From NCBI GenBank assembly GCA_021769885.1, contig JAETSA010000001.1:39963-103962 (forward strand): a DNA stretch of 64,000 nt. Direction: 5' to 3'. Source of the DNA: Bacillota bacterium (lineage in GTDB: Bacteria > Bacillota > Clostridia > Oscillospirales > Acutalibacteraceae). The position numbers and the translations under genes were made by a program. This document shows positions 55,084 through 63,365 of this stretch, in pieces (position 1 is the stretch's first letter; each line of letters begins with the position of its first letter). The notes under the pieces are model-generated. The model was not told where the DNA came from. It made no database searches and saw nothing but the letters and a program-made list of their open reading frames with translations.

Positions 55084-55202
55084 TGTGTAGTTCTTTTTCA
55101 AAAAGTCAATGCTTGATTCGCTGAATTTTGAAAGGCTTTTTTGTCTATATTCACGAATATTTGATTTTTGTCTGCAACTACTGAAAAAGTGTAGATTTTT
55201 TG

Positions 55203-55231
55203 TTGAAGAAAATTAGGCTTTATGTTAAAAT
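55203..55231 (+). promoter_or_regulatory. Promoter of the second transporter gene
   Basis: TTGAAG (55203..55208), a 17 nt spacer, then TAAAAT (55226..55231) with a TGT extension. Confidence 0.55.
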
Positions 55232-55264
55232 TATTAAGCTGTATAAAAATTTGGGAGGCAGACT

Positions 55265-57796
55265 ATGAACATTGCGCAAAAAGCACAGGAAGGTGTTTCC
55301 AAGGTTCGTACATATTGGAAAACACCTATGGCGGGGCGTCATATGACATTCCGCGAAATTGCCGCATATTCAGGCGGCGGTATCGGTGCATATATGATTA
55401 TTACACTTGGTACTGCATGCTTGTTGGCGACGGGCAACACATTAATTTCCAGTACATTGGGTGTCGACGCAACCGATATGTACATTATGTATGTCATTGC
55501 AGTGTTGGCAAATATACCGTTGACAGGTATTCGTGCAAACATTATTGACAATACGCGTAACAAGGCAGGTAAATACCGTCCTTATATCGTATCCATGGCG
55601 ATTCCGACTGCCCTTATTTGTATTTTGATGGTTTGGTTTCCGTACAATAAGCTGGAAGCCATTGTCGGTACGGGTATGCTGTTCGGTGAAACGCGTGCAT
55701 ACGTTGCCAAATGTGCAATTATTATGCTGCTCAACCTGATTTTGCACTTCTTCTATTACTTTTTCTATGACGCATATGAAAACTTGATTCACGTGCTTTC
55801 TCCGAATACACAGGAGCGCGCGGATGTTGCCTCTGTAAAAAGCATTGTTTATTCCTTTGCACCTACGGTTGTCAATTTGTTCACTCCGATTATCGCACGG
55901 AATCTTTTCCACTCTAACACAACCGATATTCGTGTTTATCGTTTACTTTACCCGATTCTCGGCGTACTTGGTATTTTGCTTTGCATCGTTGTTTACAAAT
56001 ATACCGAGGAAAAAATTGTGCAGGCGAGAACACACGTTGTGCAGATTAAATTTATGGATGCACTGCGTGAGGTTGCGAAAAACAAGTACTTTTGGATTAT
56101 TTCTTTGGCAGGCTGGATTGGATTCTTAGAGTCCTCTTATGCAAATATTCTGAATTGGCTTTACAATTACGGCGGTGCATGCAACGGAAATGTGTACGGA
56201 CTGATTGTTACCTTATACGGTAACTCCTCCCTTTGGGGTATGCTTTTGGCACCATTCTGTATTCGGCGTTGGGGCAAGAAGGCTGTTTTGGTTGTGACCA
56301 ACATCTTCAACATTGTTTTTATTTTGATGATGTTGCCGTTTACCAATAAAATTGATAATTTAACAATTTGGCTGGTTATGGGTTGCTTGTATATGAATGG
56401 CTTTATGGGTGCATTCGCACATATTTTGAACCCTGCTATTCAAGCGGATATTCGCGATTATCAGCAGTACAGAACTGGTGAACGTATCGATGGTATGTTC
56501 TCTGCGGTTGCCACAATCGGTACGGTTATTGCGTTGGGAACTTCCTCTGTTTTGCCGATTATCTATGAAAAGGGTGGTATTACCAAGGCAAACGCTACGA
56601 TTGTTACTTCCAATCCGGAAGTGCTGAACCGTATGCTCGGTGACGAACAAACCGTTGGGCAGATTTTACAAGCGCAAATGGAAAATGGACAGGACAACTA
56701 CACCAATGCGTTTTCCGCTTTGTATGACCCGAATATTTTAACAAGCCTGTTGCACGTGTTAATTATCGTGTCTGCTGTCGGCGCACTGATGAATGTTATT
56801 CCGTATTTTTGGTATGACTTTAACGAGAAAAAGCAAAAATCTGTTGTTCGCGTCTTAAAAGTTCGCGCTTTGTTTGAGGATTACGGCAATGGTGCTTTGA
56901 AAGACGATCAGTTGGTTGAAGCGATTGATTTGATTCGCTATGCAAGAACAACAGCAGCACTTTTGCCGAAAGAAGTCAGCAAAAAAGATTATAAATCCAT
57001 CAAAGACAAAGCAGAACGGAAGCTTGCCAAAAAGGCATATCGCGCCGCTTTGGAACAAAACGAAGAAATTGAAATTTCTCAATTTGTCTGCGACGAGATG
57101 GATAAATTCTCAACGGATTTAGTGCGTGAGCAGCTTTCCGCCTATAGACAAGTATATGCTACAGGTTTGCATGGACTTTGGAATCTGTCTATGGAGGATA
57201 TCCGTGCAGAGCTTGCGGCTGCAAAAGCGATGCCGGCAACCAATGCACATGAGAAAGAACTTCGCAAATTTGCGATTGAGATTGCGAAAAAGAAAAAGAG
57301 CTCTCGCAAAGCAATTGATAAGTATTTCAAGGACGATGTGTCCGCATTCAAAAAGCCTGAATTTGCAGTTTTGGAAGGCTATTTTAACGATGAAGACGCT
57401 TGTGACGACCGCTTGAAGGTGTTGTATGCAGAACTTCATACTGCGAAAAAATCGGGCGACAGAGAACAAGCGAAATCACTGAAAAATGAGATTTCCGCTG
57501 TACAAATTAAGCGTAAACAGGCGCGTCTGAATTCCAAGAAGGAAATGGATCGCCATGCATACTTTAACCGTGCGGCAAAGGTTTATCTTGATGCTGAAAA
57601 GCTGATTAAGCAAGAAGAAAATTACGGTCGCTTTGAAGAAATCGCTGCAATGTATGATGACGCAAAACTCCGTGACGAACAGGCGAAAGCAGAGGCTGCG
57701 GCTGCTGCCGAGCGTTTGAAGCAGGAAGAAGAAGCGTTGACTGCAAAACTGAAAGCAGAGAAAGCGGCAAAAAAAGCAGCAAAGAAAAATAAATAA
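55265..57796 (+). CDS. Paralogous GPH/MFS-type transporter fused to a ~330 aa charged C-terminal domain
   Basis: 843 aa. Motifs shared with 51527..53938 are EGVSKV.TYWKTP, DIRDYQQYRTGERIDGMF, VLKVRALFEDYGNGALKDDQLVEAIDLI, CDEMDKFST, AKAMP and LDAEKLI. The K/E/A-rich tail ends AEKAAKKAAKKNK. Confidence 0.75.
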   Translation: MNIAQKAQEGVSKVRTYWKTPMAGRHMTFREIAAYSGGGIGAYMIITLGTACLLATGNTLISSTLGVDATDMYIMYVIAVLANIPLTGIRANIIDNTRNKAGKYRPYIVSMAIPTALICILMVWFPYNKLEAIVGTGMLFGETRAYVAKCAIIMLLNLILHFFYYFFYDAYENLIHVLSPNTQERADVASVKSIVYSFAPTVVNLFTPIIARNLFHSNTTDIRVYRLLYPILGVLGILLCIVVYKYTEEKIVQARTHVVQIKFMDALREVAKNKYFWIISLAGWIGFLESSYANILNWLYNYGGACNGNVYGLIVTLYGNSSLWGMLLAPFCIRRWGKKAVLVVTNIFNIVFILMMLPFTNKIDNLTIWLVMGCLYMNGFMGAFAHILNPAIQADIRDYQQYRTGERIDGMFSAVATIGTVIALGTSSVLPIIYEKGGITKANATIVTSNPEVLNRMLGDEQTVGQILQAQMENGQDNYTNAFSALYDPNILTSLLHVLIIVSAVGALMNVIPYFWYDFNEKKQKSVVRVLKVRALFEDYGNGALKDDQLVEAIDLIRYARTTAALLPKEVSKKDYKSIKDKAERKLAKKAYRAALEQNEEIEISQFVCDEMDKFSTDLVREQLSAYRQVYATGLHGLWNLSMEDIRAELAAAKAMPATNAHEKELRKFAIEIAKKKKSSRKAIDKYFKDDVSAFKKPEFAVLEGYFNDEDACDDRLKVLYAELHTAKKSGDREQAKSLKNEISAVQIKRKQARLNSKKEMDRHAYFNRAAKVYLDAEKLIKQEENYGRFEEIAAMYDDAKLRDEQAKAEAAAAAERLKQEEEALTAKLKAEKAAKKAAKKNK

Positions 57797-57806
57797 TCAG
57801 TAGAAT

Positions 57807-57844
57807 AAAACGAGTATGCGGTGTGCGTACTCGTTTTATCTTTT
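57807..57844 (+). terminator. Rho-independent terminator of the second transporter gene
   Basis: AAAACGAGTA (57807..57816) pairs with TACTCGTTTT (57828..57837), followed by a T-rich tail. Confidence 0.7.
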
Positions 57845-57887
57845 ATATGCAATTCCGCCCACACCTATATGCAATTCCGCCCACACC
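57844..57887 (+). repeat. Perfect 22 bp tandem direct repeat (2 copies)
   Basis: TATATGCAATTCCGCCCACACC occurs at 57844..57865 and again at 57866..57887. The second copy ends 6 nt upstream of the -35 element of the AraC-gene promoter. Confidence 0.9.
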
Positions 57888-57893
57888 CAAAAC

Positions 57894-57922
57894 TTGAAAA
57901 AAGTTTGAAAATATGGTATTAT
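57894..57922 (+). promoter_or_regulatory. Promoter of the AraC-family regulator gene
   Basis: TTGAAA (57894..57899), a 17 nt spacer, then TATTAT (57917..57922) with a TGG extension. Confidence 0.55.
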
Positions 57923-57965
57923 ACCAAAATCAGATGATTTATTTCATCAAAAGGGGGCGCAAGGC

Positions 57966-58796
57966 TTGGAAAATACGTGTGAAATTAAATTGAATAACGT
58001 GAAATTTAATGACTTCCGGCTTTGTTATTACGGTTACGAAGAATGCGAGCCGGGACATAGCTTCGGTCCGGCTGTAAAAAATCACTATGTTTTGCACTAT
58101 GTGCTCAGCGGCAAAGGGGAGTTTGCTGTCAACAACCAACACTATCGAATTTCAAAAGGTGAAGCCTTTTTGATTGAGCCTGATGTGCGTGCGTTTTACT
58201 GTGCGGATGTAGAAGAACCGTGGACGTACCTTTGGGTCGGGTTTGACGGTGACCAGGCACAAGCCTATTTGCGCGAAATGAAATTACTCGGCGGCAAAAA
58301 GCCTGTGTTTTCGATTACAAAAGGCATAGAATTAAAGCAAATTGTTTTAGAAATGCTGAAGCACAATACCCTCGGCGTTGAAAACGAATTTGCACTGCAA
58401 GGGCTTTTGTGTAAATTTTTTTCTATCGTTTCTTCTGAAGTGACGCATCGCGGTAAAAAAGCGGAGGATGACAGCAAGCAGAATTATTACATACGAAAAG
58501 CGATAGAGTTCATACGTGACAATTACTCCAATGGTGTAAATGTGTCGGATATTTCCGAATATGTGGGCTTAAACCGCAGTTATTTGTTTACGTTGTTTCA
58601 AGAACATTTGGGTATCTCACCGCAGAAGTATTTAAGTAATTTCCGCTTGGAACGAGCCTGTGAATTACTTAAGGCAACAAATTATTCGATTGAGGATATT
58701 TCCTATTCCTGCGGGTACCGTGACCCGTTGGTATTTTCAAAGGCGTTTAAAAAGCTGTACGGCGTTTCGCCCTTGAAGTACCGAAAAGATTGTTGA
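57966..58796 (+). CDS. AraC family transcriptional regulator (cupin sensor domain plus double HTH)
   Basis: 276 aa. The N-terminal cupin-like segment is HYVLHYVLSGKGEF. The C-terminal HTH_18 segment is VSDISEYVGLNRSYLFTLFQEH.GISPQKYL...R...A..LL.....SIEDISYSCGY.D...FSKAFKK.YG.SP..YR. TTG start. Confidence 0.88.
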   Translation: MENTCEIKLNNVKFNDFRLCYYGYEECEPGHSFGPAVKNHYVLHYVLSGKGEFAVNNQHYRISKGEAFLIEPDVRAFYCADVEEPWTYLWVGFDGDQAQAYLREMKLLGGKKPVFSITKGIELKQIVLEMLKHNTLGVENEFALQGLLCKFFSIVSSEVTHRGKKAEDDSKQNYYIRKAIEFIRDNYSNGVNVSDISEYVGLNRSYLFTLFQEHLGISPQKYLSNFRLERACELLKATNYSIEDISYSCGYRDPLVFSKAFKKLYGVSPLKYRKDC

Positions 58797-58804
58797 TGTA
58801 TATA

Positions 58805-58843
58805 AAAAGAACGTCTGTGAAACTTCTCACAGGCGTTCTTTTT
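58805..58843. terminator. Bidirectional terminator between convergent genes
   Basis: AAAAGAACGTCTGTGA (58805..58820) pairs with TCACAGGCGTTCTTTT (58827..58842). The flanking A-run and T-run serve both strands. Confidence 0.75.
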
Positions 58844-58845
58844 GC

Positions 58846-60492
58846 TTATAAACTATTTTGTATGGCTTGATTGATTTTCTCTCGCGTTTCTAAAAGCCAG
58901 GTTTCATTATGCGGATATTCACTGAAAGTAATTGGCGATTTACAGTCCTTTTCTAAAATTTGCAATACTTTTTCTTTGCCGATTTTGCTTTCCAAAAGCT
59001 TTAAGGCAAGCATATCCTGAAAGCCGTCGTAAAATACGTGCAACCGTAATGAATCGAGCGGGGTACCGTCCGCTTTTGGATACACAATGAAACTATCGCC
59101 CGAGGAAAAAGCACCGCCTGCATCCGTAACCTTGTAGGGATCGATTAAGCCTTTAGAATACTGCAAGAAATAGAAGTCATACCCCCAATGCAAAAATCCC
59201 TTTACATCGTATTTATAAAGCTGTGCGCCCAAAATGCGGTTGCGCAAAGAGGGCATCGAAAAGAAACGGTTTGACACATTTTTATCTGCCTGTACACAGC
59301 AGTAGTATGTCCAAAGCTCGGGAACCTTGCCTAAAAACGGCTCAATGTGGTTGTTGGCGGGAATCGGCGTTTCTATAAGACCTTTTTCATACATTTTAAA
59401 GTCTGAAAGTGCATCGATGATTTTTACGTTGGTAAAGTACTTGTGTACGATTTTGCTGGCCTTTTTATAGGTGCGAATCATTGCGCCTGCGGGTTCGTCG
59501 GAAATGTGGAATAAGCATTTTTGACGTATGCCTTTTTCATCAATATATTTTAAAACAGCATCGGCGAATTGCTCCAAAAACAGTTTGTATCTTTTACCTG
59601 CCGCACGTGTTTTCCACCCGAAAATCTGTACGGATTGACCGTCTTTCTCGGCTATAATCTTCGGCGCGTGCTTAGCACCCCATTGGGTAAACAGATGGGA
59701 CATTTCGTAATATTCAATGCCGCAACGGTCACACATTTCAATCCATTGGTCGAGACGGTCAAATCCGAAGTTGTAAGTGTTTTTACCGGTGACTGTAACA
59801 TCGACCAGTTGCACTGTCGGTCGTTCACCGCCGACTTTTGTATCCAACGGCGGTGTAAACAAAGGCGTGAGCACACAATTCATTCCGTATTCCGCCGCAC
59901 GGCGCAAGAAGTTTTCCGTAACACGCCAGTATTCATCAGAAAATGCTTCAAATCCGTAGTACTGCATCAAGCAATCTGTATGAAACCAGTTGGTATAAAT
60001 CATATCTTGCTTTGGCAAAAATGCATCGATTACAGTGCACTGCACAGTAGTTTCTGTTCGCGCTCCGTTTATTTCGGCACAGCAAAGTAAGGAATATGCA
60101 CCTGCGGGAAGCATTTCTCCAGAAAATATTTCGACCCAGAAAACATTGTACCCGTCATAGCTTGCAGAGACATCTCCGCCTACGGGTACGAGCAATTCGG
60201 GATATTCGGTTTTATCCTTCGCAATAAAATAATCGTCTGACTTTTTCGGCGCATTTGTGCCTGCAGGTATCATTTGCACATAGGAAATTGCGCAGTGCTC
60301 CGATATAGGGGATTCAATTATAACGCGAATTGTATCGCCCTTTTTTGCTTCTACTGCGATTTGAAAATGAAACCGTTCATTTCGAAGCATAGAAAAATGT
60401 GTAACAGCCTTATTTTGAACGTTGTCCTCAGGAAAAATCTTTTCTAACGATGAAATTGCAGTGATACGGTTTATTTCGGCCAATGCCGACAC
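58846..60492 (-). CDS. DUF4091 domain protein (GH123 beta-N-acetylgalactosaminidase-related family)
   Basis: 548 aa. Size, N-terminal beta-sandwich-like region and overall pattern match my recollection of DUF4091/GH123-like proteins. GTG start behind GAAAGGGG. No signal peptide is visible. Confidence 0.55.
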   Translation of the reverse strand: MSALAEINRITAISSLEKIFPEDNVQNKAVTHFSMLRNERFHFQIAVEAKKGDTIRVIIESPISEHCAISYVQMIPAGTNAPKKSDDYFIAKDKTEYPELLVPVGGDVSASYDGYNVFWVEIFSGEMLPAGAYSLLCCAEINGARTETTVQCTVIDAFLPKQDMIYTNWFHTDCLMQYYGFEAFSDEYWRVTENFLRRAAEYGMNCVLTPLFTPPLDTKVGGERPTVQLVDVTVTGKNTYNFGFDRLDQWIEMCDRCGIEYYEMSHLFTQWGAKHAPKIIAEKDGQSVQIFGWKTRAAGKRYKLFLEQFADAVLKYIDEKGIRQKCLFHISDEPAGAMIRTYKKASKIVHKYFTNVKIIDALSDFKMYEKGLIETPIPANNHIEPFLGKVPELWTYYCCVQADKNVSNRFFSMPSLRNRILGAQLYKYDVKGFLHWGYDFYFLQYSKGLIDPYKVTDAGGAFSSGDSFIVYPKADGTPLDSLRLHVFYDGFQDMLALKLLESKIGKEKVLQILEKDCKSPITFSEYPHNETWLLETREKINQAIQNSL

Positions 60493-60612
60493 CCCTTTCC
60501 CGTTTTTTAGAATATTTTACAAAAATTTTCCGCTTTTGTAAAGGCATATGTCTGTTTGTATGCTTGTAAAACGGAGAAATCAGTGGTAAAATAAGAAACT
60601 GTTATTTTATGT

Positions 60613-62448
60613 GTGAAGGTGAATCGCTTGAAGTGCAGAGAAAATCTTAGAAACATTGCAATTATTGCGCACGTCGACCACGGAAAAACGACCTTGGTGG
60701 ATGAGTTGCTGAAACAAAGCGGTATTTTCCGTCAAAATGAGGTTGTACAGGACCGTGTGATGGACTCCAATGATTTGGAACGCGAGCGCGGTATAACCAT
60801 TTTGTCCAAAAATACTTCGGTGCATTATAAAGATGTCAAAATCAATATTGTGGACACGCCCGGTCACGCGGATTTCGGTGGTGAAGTCGAGCGCATTCTG
60901 ACAATGGTTGACGGTGTGCTTTTGCTTGTAGACGCTTTTGAAGGCTGTATGCCGCAGACCCGATTCGTACTGCGCAAAGCATTAGCTCTTGACAAAAAGG
61001 TTATCGTGGTGGTCAACAAAATCGACCGCCCCGGTGCGCGCCCTGCGGAAGTTGTCGATGAAGTGTTGGACTTGTTTATTGAACTGGGCGCGAATGACGA
61101 TCAAATCGATTTCCCTGTTGTATATGCATCGGCACGTGACGGATACGCTTCGCTCGATCCTGATGTGCGCGAGGGTGATATGCGTCCGCTGTTTGATTCG
61201 ATTCTTGAAAATATCGAATCGCCCGAGGGGGAAATGGATGCACCGTTGCAGGTTCTATTTTCAAGTCTTGATTACGATGATTATATCGGACGCATCGGTA
61301 TCGGTCGTGTCGCGCGCGGCAAGATTAAGCGGAATGACAGCGTCGTTCTTTGCAAAACGGACGGGACGCAGGAGAATGTGAAGATTTCCCGTCTGTACCA
61401 ATTTGAAGGCTTAAAGCGTGCAGAGGTTGAAGAGGCCGCTGTAGGTGATTTGATTTGCGTTTCGGGTATTACGGACTTAAACATCGGTGAAACGATTTGT
61501 GCGCCTGACTGTATTGAGCCGTTGCCGTTTGTAAAAATTGACGAGCCGACACTTTCTATGAACTTTATGGTAAACGACAGTCCGTTTGCAGGGCAGGACG
61601 GCAAATATGTTACCTCCCGAAATATTCGCGACCGCTTGTTTAAAGAAGTGGAAACTAATGTCAGTATGCGTGTGGAAGAAACCGATTCGACGGATTGCTT
61701 TAAGGTTTCGGGACGCGGCGAGCTGCATCTTTCCATTTTGATTGAAACCATGCGCCGTGAAAACTATGAATTTCAGGTTTCCCGTCCGCAGGTAATAACG
61801 AAAACAGAAAACGGTCAGCTTTTAGAGCCGATAGAATTGTTGATTGTTGAAGTGCCTGAGGAATATGTCGGTGCTGTTATGCAAAAAATAGGTGCAAGAC
61901 GCGGCGAACTCGAAAATATGGGTACGCGCGACGGCGGGTCAACACATTTGGAATTTCGCATTCCTGCCCGTGGTTTAATCGGTTACCGTTCGGAGTTTAT
62001 GACCGATACAAACGGTAACGGGATTATGAATAACCTTTTTGCAGGCTACGAGCCGTTCAAGGGTGATATTCAAACGCGTGAGCGCGGTTCTATTATCGTG
62101 CACGAAACAGGTGAAACCAGCGCATACGGTCTTTTCAATACACAGGATCGCGGCAGAATGTTTGTAGGCCCCGGCGTACCGGTTTATGAAGGTATGATTG
62201 TCGGTGAATGTGCGAAAAATGAAGATATCGTTTGCAATGTCTGCAAGCAGAAGCATTTAACTAACACACGTGCTTCGGGCTCTGACGATGCACTTCGGTT
62301 GGTTCCGCACACGGTATTGAGCTTGGAACAGTCTATGGAATTTATCAAAGACGATGAGCTTGTGGAGATTACGCCGCATTCTATTCGCTTGCGTAAACGT
62401 ACGCTTTCAAAAGAACAGCGTATGAAAGAATGGGCTAAGAAAAAATAA
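60613..62448 (+). CDS. typA: Translational GTPase TypA/BipA
   Basis: G-domain motifs AHVDHGKTT, DTPGH and NKID. EF-G-like domains follow. The start may be TTG at 60628. Confidence 0.93.
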   Translation: MKVNRLKCRENLRNIAIIAHVDHGKTTLVDELLKQSGIFRQNEVVQDRVMDSNDLERERGITILSKNTSVHYKDVKINIVDTPGHADFGGEVERILTMVDGVLLLVDAFEGCMPQTRFVLRKALALDKKVIVVVNKIDRPGARPAEVVDEVLDLFIELGANDDQIDFPVVYASARDGYASLDPDVREGDMRPLFDSILENIESPEGEMDAPLQVLFSSLDYDDYIGRIGIGRVARGKIKRNDSVVLCKTDGTQENVKISRLYQFEGLKRAEVEEAAVGDLICVSGITDLNIGETICAPDCIEPLPFVKIDEPTLSMNFMVNDSPFAGQDGKYVTSRNIRDRLFKEVETNVSMRVEETDSTDCFKVSGRGELHLSILIETMRRENYEFQVSRPQVITKTENGQLLEPIELLIVEVPEEYVGAVMQKIGARRGELENMGTRDGGSTHLEFRIPARGLIGYRSEFMTDTNGNGIMNNLFAGYEPFKGDIQTRERGSIIVHETGETSAYGLFNTQDRGRMFVGPGVPVYEGMIVGECAKNEDIVCNVCKQKHLTNTRASGSDDALRLVPHTVLSLEQSMEFIKDDELVEITPHSIRLRKRTLSKEQRMKEWAKKK

Positions 62449-62460
62449 GGTGACGTTTAT

Positions 62461-63255
62461 ATGCTGATTGATTTTCATACACATGCCTTTCCGGACGCTG
62501 TGGCCGAAAAGGCAATTCCGACACTTTCAAGGTGTTCGGGCGGTGTTGTTCCGGCGTATGACGGAAAAATCAAATCTTTGAAGGCACATATGCTTGCACA
62601 CGATGTAGATTATGCAGTGGTTTTGAATATTGCGACCAATCCGCATCAGGAAAAAAAGGTGAATGATTTTGCCATCTCATTACTCGGCGATGAAATGCTT
62701 GTGCCGTTCGGCAGTGTGCATCCTGACAGCGGGGATGCGATTTCTGAATTGGAAAGACTTGCCGAGGCGGGTATTAAAGGTATAAAACTACATCCCGATT
62801 ATCAGAATTTCTTTGTGGATGAAGAACGCTTATTTCCGATTTATAAAAAGATTGCGGATTTGGGATTCATCACCGTTTTTCATGCAGGCGCGGATATCGG
62901 CTATCCGAAGCCGATACATTGTACGCCACAGCGGCTTTTAAAGGTTTTGGATTTGTTTGGGGATGCGCCGGTTGTTGCCGCGCACTTCGGCGGATATATG
63001 CTGTGGGAGGAAGTGGCAGAGGTCCTCTGCGGTACACAGGTGTATTTTGATACTGCATTTTCTTACGGAAAAATCCCGCCTGATTTCGCAAAAGAGATTA
63101 TTGCGTTACACAGCACAGATCGCATTTTATTGGGGAGCGATATGCCTTGGAGCACGCCGACAGATGAGGCACGGCTGATTCGTTCCTTGCAGTTGGATGA
63201 TGCGACTACGGACGCAATACTGTTCAATAATGCCAAAAGATTGCTTTCAATTTAG
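62461..63255 (+). CDS. Amidohydrolase-family metal-dependent hydrolase (TIM barrel)
   Basis: 264 aa with N-terminal IDFHTHAFP. Later His/Asp ligands are present (KLHPDYQ, FHAG, GSDMPW). Confidence 0.7.
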   Translation: MLIDFHTHAFPDAVAEKAIPTLSRCSGGVVPAYDGKIKSLKAHMLAHDVDYAVVLNIATNPHQEKKVNDFAISLLGDEMLVPFGSVHPDSGDAISELERLAEAGIKGIKLHPDYQNFFVDEERLFPIYKKIADLGFITVFHAGADIGYPKPIHCTPQRLLKVLDLFGDAPVVAAHFGGYMLWEEVAEVLCGTQVYFDTAFSYGKIPPDFAKEIIALHSTDRILLGSDMPWSTPTDEARLIRSLQLDDATTDAILFNNAKRLLSI

Positions 63256-63365
63256 TGCTTTTTGCCCTCTTGACCGTTTTGGGTTAAGAGGGTATAATTA
63301 TAACCAATTACTTTAACGAGCAAAAGCTTTAAAGCGACAAATCATCAAGCGGTTTGGGAGGCATT

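Noticed and set aside
55140-55185. The direct repeat TTTTTGTCT (two copies about 27 nt apart) upstream of the second transporter gene, considered as a possible AraC site.
   Set aside because: The repeat is short and T-rich, and the spacing is not helical-turn phased. It has no similarity to the 22 bp repeat at 57844..57887.
60516-60542. The AT-rich inverted repeat TTTACAAAA-N9-TTTTGTAAA between the DUF4091 gene and typA.
   Set aside because: The arms are almost entirely A/T in an AT-rich promoter region and could arise by chance. There is no matching site elsewhere in the window to suggest a regulon.
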